From the NCBI GenBank assembly GCA_963818455.1, contig CAWFSE010000001.1, forward strand, positions 176,729 through 240,728: a DNA stretch of 64,000 nucleotides. The letters run 5' to 3'. Each line of letters opens with the position of its first letter. Within the stretch, counting starts at the first letter, position 1. The notes beneath the pieces are model-generated. The model searched no databases, was not told the origin of the DNA, and worked only from the letters and a program-made list of their open reading frames with translations. The DNA is from an uncultured Actinomycetota bacterium (GTDB lineage Bacteria > Actinomycetota > Actinomycetes > CAVWCF01). The translations under genes were made by a program, and so were the position numbers. Positions 30,906 through 40,571 of the stretch are shown piece after piece.

Positions 30906-33140
30906 GTGTCCGAAGACTCGCAGGTCGTGCTGAGCATCGTCCTCGGCCTCCTCATCACGGTCGTCGCGCTGACGATCACCCTGCGCCGGCTCGGGGTCCT
31001 CACCCGGCTGATCCGCTCCGGCCAGCCGGCCGTCGGCCGCACCGACCAGCCCGAGCGCCGCATCCAGGCCGAGCTCGTCGAGGTCGCCGGCCAGAAGAAG
31101 CTGCTCAAGTGGACCGTCCCGGGCACCGCGCACTTCTTCGCGATGTGGGGCTTCATCGTCTTGGGCCTGACGATCATCGAGGCCTACGGCGCGCTGTTCA
31201 ACCGCTCGTTCGCGATCCCGGTGCTCCAGAACTGGGCGTGGGTGGCGTTCATCGAGGACTTCTTCACCGTCGCCGTGATCCTGGCGCTGGTCGTCTTCGC
31301 GCTGATCCGGGTCAAGAGCAACCCGAAGACGCAGGGCCGGGCGTCGCGCTTCTACGGCTCGCACACCGGCGCGGCGTGGCTCGTGCTCTTCATGATCTTC
31401 AACGTGCTCGTGGACGCTGCTGCTCTACCGCGGCGCGCAGATCAACACCGGCAACTTCCCGTACCCCGACCAGTGGGCGTTCGCCTCGCAGTGGGTCGCC
31501 AACGTGCTGCCCGAGCTCGGTTGAGGCCAACGAGTGGATCGAGACCGATCGGCCTGCTGCTCAACATCGGCGTGATCCTCGGCTTCCTCGTCCTCGTCGT
31601 CTACAGCAAGCACCTGCACATCTTCATGGCGCCGATCAACGTCGCGTTCTCGCGGCGCCCCAACGCCCTCGGCCCGCTGCTGCCGATGTACGTCGACGGC
31701 AAGCCGCTCGACTTCGAGAACCTCGACGAGCTCGACGAGGACGCCGTGATGGGCCGCGGCAAGGTCGAGGACTTCACCTGGAAGGGCCTGCTCGACTTCG
31801 CGACCTGCACCGAGTGCGGCCGCTGCCAGTCGCAGTGCCCGGCCTGGAACACCGGCAAGCCGCTGTCGCCGAAGCTGCTCATCATGGGGCTGCGCGACCA
31901 CACCTTCGCCCAGGCCCCGTACCTCACCGCCAGCGACCCCAACGCCGTGCTCGCGCAGACCGGGTACGGCAAGCGCGAGGCCGCCAACCCGCGCGAGGCC
32001 ATCGACCTCGAGTCGCTGCCGGAGTCGGTGCGGCACGAGATCGAGCGGCCGCTCGTCGGCCCGTCGGTCTTCGACGACCACGGGATCGCCGTCGACGGCG
32101 GCGTCATCGACCCCGACGTGCTGTGGTCCTGCACGACCTGCGGCGCCTGCGTCGAGCAGTGCCCCGTCGACATCGAGCACATCGACCACATCGTCGACAT
32201 GCGCCGCTACCAGGTGCTCGTCGAGAGCGCCGTTCCCCGCCGAGCTCAACGGCCTGTTCAAGAACATGGAGAACAAGGGCAACCCGTGGGGCCTGAACGC
32301 CTCGCGGCCGCATGGACTGGGCCAGCGACCTCGACTTCGAGGTGCCGCGTCGTCGACGGACGAGATCCCCGACGACGTCGAGTAGCTCTTCTGGGTCGGC
32401 TGCGCCGGCGCGTACGAGGACCGCGCGAAGAAGACCACGCAGGCCGTGGCCGAGCTGCTGCACCTCGCGGGCGTCGAGTTCGCCGTGCTGGGCGAGGGCG
32501 AGACCTGCACCGGCGACTCCGCGCGCCGCGTCGGGCAACGAGTTCCTCTTCCAGATGCTCGGCGATGCAGAACGTCGAGACGCTGAACGACCGTCGGCGC
32601 GAAGAAGATCGTCGCGACCTGCGCGCACTGCTTCAACACGCTGGCCAACGAGTACCCGCAGCTCGGCGGCAACTGGCGAGGTGCTGCACCACTCGCAGCT
32701 GCTCAACCGCCTGGTGCGCGAGGGCAAGCTGACGCCGGTCACCCCGGTCGAGGAGCGCGTCACCTACCACGACCCGTGCTACCTCGGCCGCCACAACAAG
32801 GTGTACGCCCCGCCGCGCGACCTGGTCTCCGGGCTGCCCGGGCTGGAGCTGCACCGAGATGCCGCGCCACGCCGACCGCGGCTTCTGCTGCGGCGCGGGC
32901 GGCGCGCGGATGTGGATGGAGGAGAAGATCGGCACCCGGGTCAACACCAACCGCACCGAGGAGGCCATCGCCACCGGCGCGGCCACCATCGCGGTCGGCT
33001 GCCCGTTCTGCCGGGTGATGCTCTCCGACGGCGTCGGCGAGCTGCAGGCCGACAAGGAGAAGGACGACCAGGTCCAGGTGCAGGACGTGGCGCAGCTGCT
33101 GCTGCGCGCGGTGAAGCGGCCGCCGGTCCCGGTCGACTGA
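30906..33140 (+). CDS. Membrane-anchored (Fe-S)-binding oxidoreductase with CCG domains (heterodisulfide-reductase/GlpC-like; mycobacterial Rv0338c-type). Frame-disrupted several times.
   Basis: N-terminal TM region [42 protein letters not shown]... Two 4Fe-4S motifs [12 protein letters not shown] and [15 protein letters not shown]-domain tail ..[18 protein letters not shown].. [51 protein letters not shown]. Ribosome-binding site GGGAGGA before the GTG. Confidence 0.8.
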
Positions 33141-33318
33141 GCTCGCGGAGCGGCCGGCGAAGCCGTCCGCGCAGCGAGCGAAGGCGCCGGGCCGGCCATC
33201 TACGGCGGGTCGCCTCCACGAGCCGGAGCTCGCCGCCGCCGACTGATCGCCCGCCCGCCCAGGGCCGCGCGATAACGCGTTCGACCTGAGGCGGGCCGCT
33301 CGGGCGGATCCTGGCGCG

Positions 33319-34575
33319 ATGTCCGCCACCCAGGAAGCCACCGCCGCGTCGGGGGCCACCGCGGCCCTGCGGCTGCGCGACTTCCGGCTGCTCTGGGTCG
33401 GCCAGGCCGTCTCCACGCTCGGCGACCAGATCTTCCCGATCGCGGTGACGATCGCCGTCCTGGACGCCGGCGGGACCCTCGGCGACCTCGGCCTCGTCCT
33501 CGGCGCGCGCTGGCTCGCCATCGTCTCGTTCGCGTTGGTGGGCGGGGTGTGGGCCGACCGGCTGCCGCGCACCTTCGTGATGCGGGCGTCCGACCTGTTC
33601 CGGGCCGTCGCGGTGCTGGCGCTCGCGTTGATCCCGTGGACGCCCTCGACACTCGTGCTGGCCGGCTTCGTCTTCGTCGTCGGCGCGGGCGAGGCGTTCT
33701 TCCGGCCGGCCGAGGCCGCCCTGATCCCCGCGGTGGTCCCGCAGCCGCTGCTGCCCGCGGCCAACGGGCTCGTCACGGTGTCGTACCGGCTGGCCGCGGT
33801 GATCGGACCGGGGATCGGCGGGCTGGTGGTCGTCGCCGCCGGCGGGCCGCGCGCGGCGTACGTCATCAACGCGGCGAGCTTCCTCGTCAGCCTGGGCTGC
33901 CTGACGGCGCTGCGCGAGCCGGCCCGAGATCTCGTCGCCAAGGCCGACCGCGACTCGATGCTCACGGAGATCCGCGGCGGGCTGGCCGAGGTGCGGCGGC
34001 GCCCGTGGATCGCCGCCGTCCTGCTGATGGCCTCGCTGCAGCTCATGCTGGTCGTGGCCCCCGAGTCGGTGCTGCTGCCGATCATCGGCCGCCGCGAGTT
34101 CGGCGGCGACTGGGTGTACGTGGGGTCGCTGGCCGCGATCTCGATCGGAGGCGTCATCGGCGCCTTCGTCGCGATGCACTGGCAGCCGAGGCAGCGCGGG
34201 CTGGTCGGCCTGCTGGGCATCCTGCCGTTCACCCTGGTGCCGCTGGCGTTGGCGTACCCCAGCGAGCCGTGGGTGCTGCTGGCCGTCTACTTCGTCTCCG
34301 GGCTGTGCCTGGAGCCGTTCCTCGTCTACTGGTCGACGGCGCTGCAGGAGGAGATCCCGACCGAGACGCTCGCGCGGGTGTCGTCGGTGGACTGGATGGC
34401 GTCGTTCGCGCTCATGCCGCTCGGGCTCGCGCTGACCGGGCCGGCGGTGGCCGCCGTGGGCGAGACCGCCGTGCTGTGGGCCGCGGCCGTGGTCTCCGTG
34501 GTGTCAACGCTCGCGGTGCTGGTCGTGCCGGGCACCCGGGAGTTCCGCACGCCGCGGGTCGACTCACGCGGCTGA
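33319..34575 (+). CDS. MFS transporter (EntS/enterobactin-exporter-like, 418 aa). Intact.
   Basis: Single uninterrupted ORF. LRLRDFRLLWVGQAVSTLGDQIFPIAVTIAVL.. plus about 12 hydrophobic helices. Confidence 0.8.
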   Translation: MSATQEATAASGATAALRLRDFRLLWVGQAVSTLGDQIFPIAVTIAVLDAGGTLGDLGLVLGARWLAIVSFALVGGVWADRLPRTFVMRASDLFRAVAVLALALIPWTPSTLVLAGFVFVVGAGEAFFRPAEAALIPAVVPQPLLPAANGLVTVSYRLAAVIGPGIGGLVVVAAGGPRAAYVINAASFLVSLGCLTALREPARDLVAKADRDSMLTEIRGGLAEVRRRPWIAAVLLMASLQLMLVVAPESVLLPIIGRREFGGDWVYVGSLAAISIGGVIGAFVAMHWQPRQRGLVGLLGILPFTLVPLALAYPSEPWVLLAVYFVSGLCLEPFLVYWSTALQEEIPTETLARVSSVDWMASFALMPLGLALTGPAVAAVGETAVLWAAAVVSVVSTLAVLVVPGTREFRTPRVDSRG

Positions 34576-34596
34576 GCCGTCAGGGTTGAGCGGGGG

Positions 34597-34791
34597 TCAG
34601 TCCTGCAGCGAGATGGCCTGCTCGGGGCACGAGTCGATGGCCAGCTCGACCTTGTCGCGCAGCGACTCGTCGACGTCCTCGGCCACGATCAGCCAGCCGT
34701 CGGCGTGCTCGCTGAACACCTCGGGGCAGTGCGCGATGCACTGGTGGTGGTCCTTGCAGCGGTCGAAGTCGACGATGACCTTGAGTCCCAT
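34597..34791 (-). CDS. Small ferredoxin (64 aa; 3Fe-4S/4Fe-4S single-cluster type).
   Basis: [64 protein letters not shown] with the C-x5-C...C-P motif. Confidence 0.75.
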   Translation of the reverse strand: MGLKVIVDFDRCKDHHQCIAHCPEVFSEHADGWLIVAEDVDESLRDKVELAIDSCPEQAISLQD

Positions 34792-34850
34792 GGGGCCAGC
34801 CTGCCGCAGGCGCGCCGCCGCCGCAGCCCGTACGTCCGCGGCGGCGCGCG

Positions 34851-35427
34851 TCACATGTCGGTGCGGTGGAAGTTCAGGTACGACTTCGACGGCGTCGGCC
34901 CGCGCTGGCCCTGGTAGCGCGACCCGTACACGGCCGAGCCGTACGGGTGCTCCGCCGGCGACGACAGCCGGAACAGGCAGAGCTGGCCGATCTTCATCCC
35001 CGGCCACAGCTTGATCGGCAGCGTCGCGACGTTGCTCAGCTCGAGGGTGACGTGCCCGCTGAAGCCGGGGTCGATGAAGCCCGCCGTCGAGTGGGTGAGC
35101 AGGCCGAGCCGGCCCAGCGACGACTTGCCCTCGAGCCGGCCGGCGATGTCGTCGGGCAGCGTGACGACCTCGAGCGTCGAGGCCAGGACGAACTCGCCCG
35201 GGATGCAGGATGAACGGCTCGTCGCCTTCGGGCTCGACCTCGCGGGTGAGGTCGGGCTGCTCGACCGAGGGGTCGATGTGCGGGTAGCGGTGGTTCTCGA
35301 ACACCCGGAAGTACCGGTCGAGGCGCACGTCGACGCTGGACGGCTGGACCAGCCCGGCGTCGTACGGGTCGAGGCCGACGCGCCCGGAGTCGATCTCGGC
35401 GCGGATGTCGCGGTCGGAGAGCAGCAC
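34851..35427 (-). CDS. dcd: dCTP deaminase. Frame-disrupted once.
   Basis: [77 protein letters not shown]... C-terminus ..FHRTDM* is in a second frame. Confidence 0.85.
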
Positions 35428-35463
35428 GGCGCGAGGCTACCGGGGCGGCCCGGTCAACCCGCC

Positions 35464-36617
35464 AGGGCGGTCTCGGGGTCGGCTTCCGGGTCGTCGTCCA
35501 CGCGCTGGGCGGGGGCTTGACGACCTCCTCGCGGGCGACCTCCCGGCGCAGCTGGTCCAGCCGGCCGAGCAGGCTGATGGACTCCAGCACCTGCACGGCG
35601 CCGTCGGAGCGCTCGTCGACGCCCTCGACGAGGTCGGCCAGGCGGCGCTTGAGGGCCGCCGACTGCTCGGCGACCCCCTGGCCGGCCACGCGCAGCCTGG
35701 CCATCGAGGCGATCTCGCGCAGCACGTCGGCGAGGTCGTGGCGGCGCAGGAGCATCGGCGGCCCCGGCCGGTCGTACTGGCGGTCCACGGTCAGCGACAG
35801 CGTGCGGACCTGCAGGCTGGACCGGGCGACGGCGCGCTCGCGGGCGGCCAGCTCGGCGAGCTCCTGCGCGCGCCCGCCGGCCCGCAGGTTGTACCGCAGG
35901 CCCTCGGCGGCGGCGGCGAGCGCGTCCCGCGACCGCCGGCCGTACCCGGCCAGCTCACGCGAGGTGCCGATGAAGTCGTGCTGCTCCTGCGGCGCGAGCT
36001 CGCGAGGCGGCCGGCTGAGCGCGTCCGCGACCGCCTCGACCTGCGCGATCACGGCCTCGGCCCAGTCGCGGACCGCGGCGCGGGCGGGCTCCAGCGGCGG
36101 TCGCTCGGGGATCGCCAGGGCCACCGCGATGCCGATGGCGCCGCCGATCAGGCAGTCGATCGGCGCGCCACACCCCGTACCCCTCCTGCACCGGGCCGAG
36201 GGCCACCACCAGCAGCACCGACAGCGGGATCTGCAGCTGGCCGCCGTACCCGATCGGCAGCAGGCGCGCGCCCACGATCGCGACCCCGACCGCGACCCCG
36301 AGCGACCACCAGGTGGTCCCCACCAGGTTGATCCACAGGGTGGCCAGCAGGACGCCGACCATGTTGCCGGCGATCTTCTGCAGGCCCTGGCCGACCGTGC
36401 CGTAGACCGACTCCTGCACGGTCACGAGCGCGAGGATCGGCGCGAAGATGGCCAGCTGGTTGCCGCCGAGCTGCGAGGCGGCGAGGTACGCCAGCGAGCA
36501 GGCGACGGCCGTCTTGACGATCGTCAGGGTGGTGCCGAAACCCCTGGGGCTGGCCGTCAGCAGGCCGCTGGTGCGGGCCCGCGGGGGGGCCGGCCCGGGG
36601 TCGTACGGGGCGGCCAT
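35464..36617 (-). CDS. FUSC/aromatic-acid-exporter-family membrane protein. Frame-disrupted.
   Basis: N-terminal 6-TM region ..TLTIVKTAVACSLAYLAASQLGGNQLAIFAPILALVTVQESVYGTVGQGLQKIAGNMVGVLLATLWINLVGTTWWSLGVAVGVAIVGARLL.. followed by a long cytoplasmic coiled-coil-like domain ..LVEGVDERSDGAVQVLESISLLGRLDQLRREVAREEVV.. Confidence 0.5.
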
Positions 36618-36661
36618 GTGGGTACAGTAGGCCCGCGCGCCAGGCCCGCAGGCCGGCGTCC

Positions 36662-36735
36662 GCGGGTGTAGTTCAATGGCAGAACATCAGCTTCCCAAGC
36701 TGACAGTGCGGGTTCGATTCCCGTCACCCGCTCCA
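36662..36735 (+). tRNA. tRNA-Gly (anticodon CCC).
   Basis: GCGGGTG acceptor 5' arm pairs with CACCCGC. D-arm GTTC/GAAC. Anticodon stem TCAGC/GCTGA with loop TT-CCC-AA. T-arm GCGGG-TTCGATT-CCCGT. Discriminator T plus encoded CCA. 74 nt. Confidence 0.85.
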
Positions 36736-36828
36736 CGCGACCCCACACGGCGAAGCCGTCCCCGTCGCCCCTCTGCGGGTCGGCGGAATCGGGAGGAGCG
36801 AAGCGACGGATCCCGTCACCCGCTCCAC
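36718..36828. repeat. Direct duplication of the tRNA-Gly 3' end (att-like).
   Basis: A 21-nt stretch TCCCGTCACCCGCTCCACGCG at 36718..36738 is repeated exactly at 36808..36828. The 11-bp inverted repeat CCGAATCGCGG / CCGCGATTCGG (36853..36863 and 36889..36899) follows. Confidence 0.6.
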
Positions 36829-37084
36829 GCGCCTTCCGGTCGCTTCCTCCTCCGAATCGCGGTTCTTCCCGCCGGCGCAGGACCACAACCGCGATTCGGC
36901 GCCAGCAACTCCCCCGGGCGGCAGTGCCGTTCTGACGGCGGCCGGCGAAACCCTTGCGGGAGAACACGCAGACCGCCACGCCCGCCGCGCGCCGCGGGTG
37001 CCCCCACTGCCCTCCCAGGGTTACCGATGGGTACATTCGGGCCTGACGAAACGCGTAGCGCCAGCCGAGGCAGGGGAGGATCGG

Positions 37085-37939
37085 GTGCCCGTCGCAGTCC
37101 CGATCGTCGCCGGCACCGCGATCAAGGGCGTCGCGGCCACGGTCTTGATGCGCGGGGTCCTCCAGCGGCACCCCAACGCCTTCCTCATCACGCTGCACCG
37201 CGGCGGGATCACGCTGCCGCTGCACCGCTCGCAGGAGCACATCCGCCACGACATCGCCAAGGGCCTCGCCGCGCAGGGGCGCGCGCCCGACTCGCCGGTC
37301 GTCATCGTCGGCCACTCCCAGGGCGCCCTCGCCTCGATGCGCTACGCCGTCGACCACCCCGAGCAGGTGCTGCACGTCATCTCGGTCGGGGCGCCGTGGC
37401 ACGGCACCCGCACCGCCGCCACCGTCTCGCGCCTCTACGGCTGGACCGGCCGCGACCTCGCCCCCGCGCTCAGCGACATGGCCCCCAACTCGCCGTTCCT
37501 GATGGCCTTGCGCGCCGACCTGCCCGCCATCGGGGACCGGGTCACCAACATCTACAGCACCCACGAGGTCGTGATCAGCCCGTACGCCAACGCGCACATC
37601 GACGTACCCGGCGTGACCAACGTGCTCATCGCCTCCGAGCAGGAGTACGCCGCGCACATGAAGGCGTACCCGGAGCTCACCATCGACGACCTGATCCTCG
37701 GCAAGGTCAACCACCTCGCCGAGATGAACTCCCCGGCGGTCCGCTCGATGATCTGGGCGAAGGTCGACGAGGTCACCGCGCACCTGCGCGCGAAGCAGGC
37801 CCAGCCGGAGCCGCCGGCCCCGCGCAGGCGCGCGAAGCCTGCGCCGAGCAAGCCCCCGACCAGCAGCCCGACGAGCAGCCCGGCCAAGGGCCGGAAGGCG
37901 CCGCTCGGCGACGCGGCCGGGGAGAGCGCCACCGGCTGA
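37085..37939 (+). CDS. Alpha/beta-hydrolase, lipase/esterase-like (GHSQG nucleophile elbow) with a Pro/Ser/Lys-rich C-terminal tail. Intact.
   Basis: VPVAVPIVAGTAIKG..PVVIVGHSQGALASMRYAVDHPEQVLHVISVGAPWHGTRTAA... Ribosome-binding site GGGGAGGA before the GTG at 37085. Single frame. Confidence 0.65.
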   Translation: MPVAVPIVAGTAIKGVAATVLMRGVLQRHPNAFLITLHRGGITLPLHRSQEHIRHDIAKGLAAQGRAPDSPVVIVGHSQGALASMRYAVDHPEQVLHVISVGAPWHGTRTAATVSRLYGWTGRDLAPALSDMAPNSPFLMALRADLPAIGDRVTNIYSTHEVVISPYANAHIDVPGVTNVLIASEQEYAAHMKAYPELTIDDLILGKVNHLAEMNSPAVRSMIWAKVDEVTAHLRAKQAQPEPPAPRRRAKPAPSKPPTSSPTSSPAKGRKAPLGDAAGESATG

Positions 37940-38086
37940 CGCCGGCCGCCGCAGGACGGCTCGCCTCGCACGCCCGCTCCTGCGACATGAACATCAAGCG
38001 AACTGTGTCGCGCCGGGATGCGACACCCGCCGACCGCGCCCTACCGTGCGGGGCTCATAGACACGCGTCGATGCGAGGAGAGATGA

Positions 38087-38482
38087 ATGGCCGCCCCCAC
38101 CCCCGATGACCTCCGAACGGTCGACCTGTTCAGCGGGATGACCGACGCTGACCTGGCCGAGGTCGCGACCTGGTTCGAGGTCCAGGAGGTCGCAGCCGAC
38201 GCCGTACTCGCGCGCGAAGGCGCATCGGGCTACGCGTTCATGATCCTCGGAACGGCGAGCGCCGTGGTGCTCCACGACGACGACGTGGTGCGCCACCTGA
38301 ACCCGGGTGACTTCTTCGGCGAGGCCGCCATCCTCGGCCAGGGCCGCCGGACCGCGACGGTGAAGGCCACCAGCGCCGGAACGGTCTGGGTGCTGTTCGG
38401 CACGCGCTTCCGGGAGATGGGGGTCCGCTTCCCGGAGCAGCACGCCGCCATCGAGAGGGTCCTCTCGCAGCGCACCGACTGA
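38087..38482 (+). CDS. Stand-alone cyclic-nucleotide-binding (cNMP/CAP effector) domain protein, 131 aa. Intact.
   Basis: LFSGMTDADLAEVATWFEVQEVAADAVLAREGASGYAFMILGTASAVVLHDDDVVRHLNPGDFFGEAAILGQGRRTATVKATSAGTVWVLFGTRFREM is the cNMP-binding beta-roll with the GE..A...R.ATV core. No HTH or other output domain. Confidence 0.75.
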   Translation: MAAPTPDDLRTVDLFSGMTDADLAEVATWFEVQEVAADAVLAREGASGYAFMILGTASAVVLHDDDVVRHLNPGDFFGEAAILGQGRRTATVKATSAGTVWVLFGTRFREMGVRFPEQHAAIERVLSQRTD

Positions 38483-38630
38483 CGGGTCCTCGGGACCGCG
38501 CCGGAGGACTGGCGGCGCGCCGTGTGACGAGCGTCACTTGCGTAAGTTACCCGTCGAGTAGCACTATGGGGTTACTGACGGGTAACCGCCGCGGGCTCCC
38601 TCGCGCCGGTGGACATGAAGGGCCCCTGCC

Positions 38631-40477
38631 ATGAGCCACTACAAGGCCAACCTGCGCGACATCGAGTTCAACCTCTTCGAGGTGTTCGGCCGCAGCGACG
38701 TGCTCGGTCACGGCGTGTTCGCCGAGATGGACGTCGACACCGCCCACCACGTGCTGCGAGGCGGTGGAGGAGCTCGCCACCGGCAAGCTCGCCGAGTCGT
38801 TCGCCGACGCCGACCGCAACCCCCCGGTCTACGACCCGAAGACCTTCTCGGTGACCATGCCCGAGTCGCTTCAAGGCGTCGTACGCCGCGCTGATGGACA
38901 GCGAGTGGTGGCGCCTCGACCTGCCCGAGCACCTCGGCGGCACCGGCGCGCCCCCGAGCCTGCGCTGGGCCGTGGCCGAGATGTTCCTGGGCGCGAACCC
39001 GCCGGCCTTCATGTACATGTCCGGCCCCGGCTTCGCCGCGATCCTCGACCACCTCGGCAACGCCGACCAGAAGCGCTGGGCCCAGCTGATGATCGACAAC
39101 CACTGGGGCGCGACGATGGTGCTCACCGAGCCCGACGCGGGCTCCGACGTCGGCGCCGGCCGCACCAAGGCGATCCCGCAGGCCGACGGCACCTGGCACA
39201 TCGAGGGCGTCAAGCGCTTCATCACCTCCGGCGAGCACGACATGTCCGACAACATCGTCCACCTCGTGCTGGCCCGCCCCGAGGGCGTCGAGGGGATCGG
39301 CGGCCCGGGCACCAAGGGGCTGTCGCTGTTCGTCGTGCCGAAGTTCCACGTCGACCTCGAGACGGGCGCGATCGGCGAGCGCAACGGCGCCTACGTCACC
39401 AACATCGAGAAGAAGATGGGCATCAAGGTCTCCACGACCTGCGAGCTGACCTTCGGCCAGAACGGCCTGCCGGCCGTCGGCTGGCTGGTCGGCGACGTGC
39501 ACGACGGCATCGCGCAGATGTTCAAGGTCATCGAGTACGCCCGGATGATGGTCGGCACGAAGGCCATCGCGACGCTGTCGACCGGCTACCTCAACGCCCT
39601 CGACTACGCCAAGAACCGCGTCCAGGGCGCCGACCTGACCGAGATGATGGACAAGGCCGCGCCCCGCGTCACCATCACCCACCACCCCGACGTCCGCCGC
39701 ATCCTGATGCTGCAGAAGGCGTACGCCGAGGGCATGCGCGCGCTCGTCACGTACACCTCGTGCTTCCAGGACGAGCTGTGGGCCGCCGAGATGGAGGGCC
39801 GCGACGCCAGCCAGGCCGACCGGATGAACGACCTGCTGCTGCCGATCGTCAAGGGCGTCGGCTCGGAGCGCTCGTACGAGATGCTCGCGCTGTCGCTGCA
39901 GACCTTCGGCGGGTCCGGCTTCCTGCAGGACTACCCGATCGAGCAGTACATCCGCGACGCCAAGATCGACACCCTGTACGAGGGCACCACCGCGATCCAG
40001 GGCCTGGACCTGTTCTTCCGCAAGATGGTGCGCGACCAGTTCCAGGCGATCTCGTACCTCGGCGGGCAGATCCAGGAGTTCGCCAAGGGCGACGCCGGCA
40101 ACGGCACGCTCGCCGTCGAGCGCGAGCTGCTCGGCAAGGCGCTCGAGGACGTCCAGGGCATCATCGGCGCCCTCGGCGGCTTCGCGATGAAGTCGCAGAC
40201 CGAGGTGACCGAGCTGTACAAGGTCGGCCTCAACACCACGCGCCTGCTCATGGCGCTCGGCGACCTGGTGATCGGCTGGCTGCTGCTGCGCCAGGCCGAC
40301 GTGGCGCTCAAGGCGCTGGCCGCCGGGCCGAGCGACCGCGACAAGGCCTTCTACGACGGCAAGGTCGCCGCCGCGAAGTTCTTCGCCCGCACCCAGCTGC
40401 CGAAGCTCGCCGCCGAGCGGTCGATCGCCGAGGCCACCGACAACGCGCTGATGGAGCTGTCCGAGGACGCCTTCTAG
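38631..40477 (+). CDS. Large (about 610 aa) acyl-CoA dehydrogenase, FadE5-like. N-terminal frame-disrupted.
   Basis: [42 protein letters not shown].. then a 527-aa continuous stretch ..[42 protein letters not shown]...[38 protein letters not shown]... Confidence 0.85.
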
Positions 40478-40516
40478 GAGCGGCCCCGACACCCCAGAAC
40501 TCCACCCCTCCGGAGA

Positions 40517-40553
40517 GGGCCGGGCCCCGCACCCTGCATGCGGGGCCCGGCCC
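40517..40553. terminator. GC-rich hairpin between the convergent fadE-like and redoxin-NHL genes. Probable bidirectional terminator.
   Basis: Stem GGGCCGGGCCCCGCA / TGCGGGGCCCGGCCC (13 to 15 bp perfect) with a 7-nt loop, followed by CCTTTCCCTT. Confidence 0.45.
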
Positions 40554-40571
40554 TTTCCCTTGCCTCGGGGG

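Noticed and set aside
36735-38631. Integrated prophage/ICE or genomic island at the tRNA-Gly 3' end.
   Set aside because: The duplicated tRNA 3' end is only about 70 nt from the original. No integrase, excisionase, replication or phage structural genes are present. Downstream GC content and codon usage match the host. I report it as a scar or remnant only.
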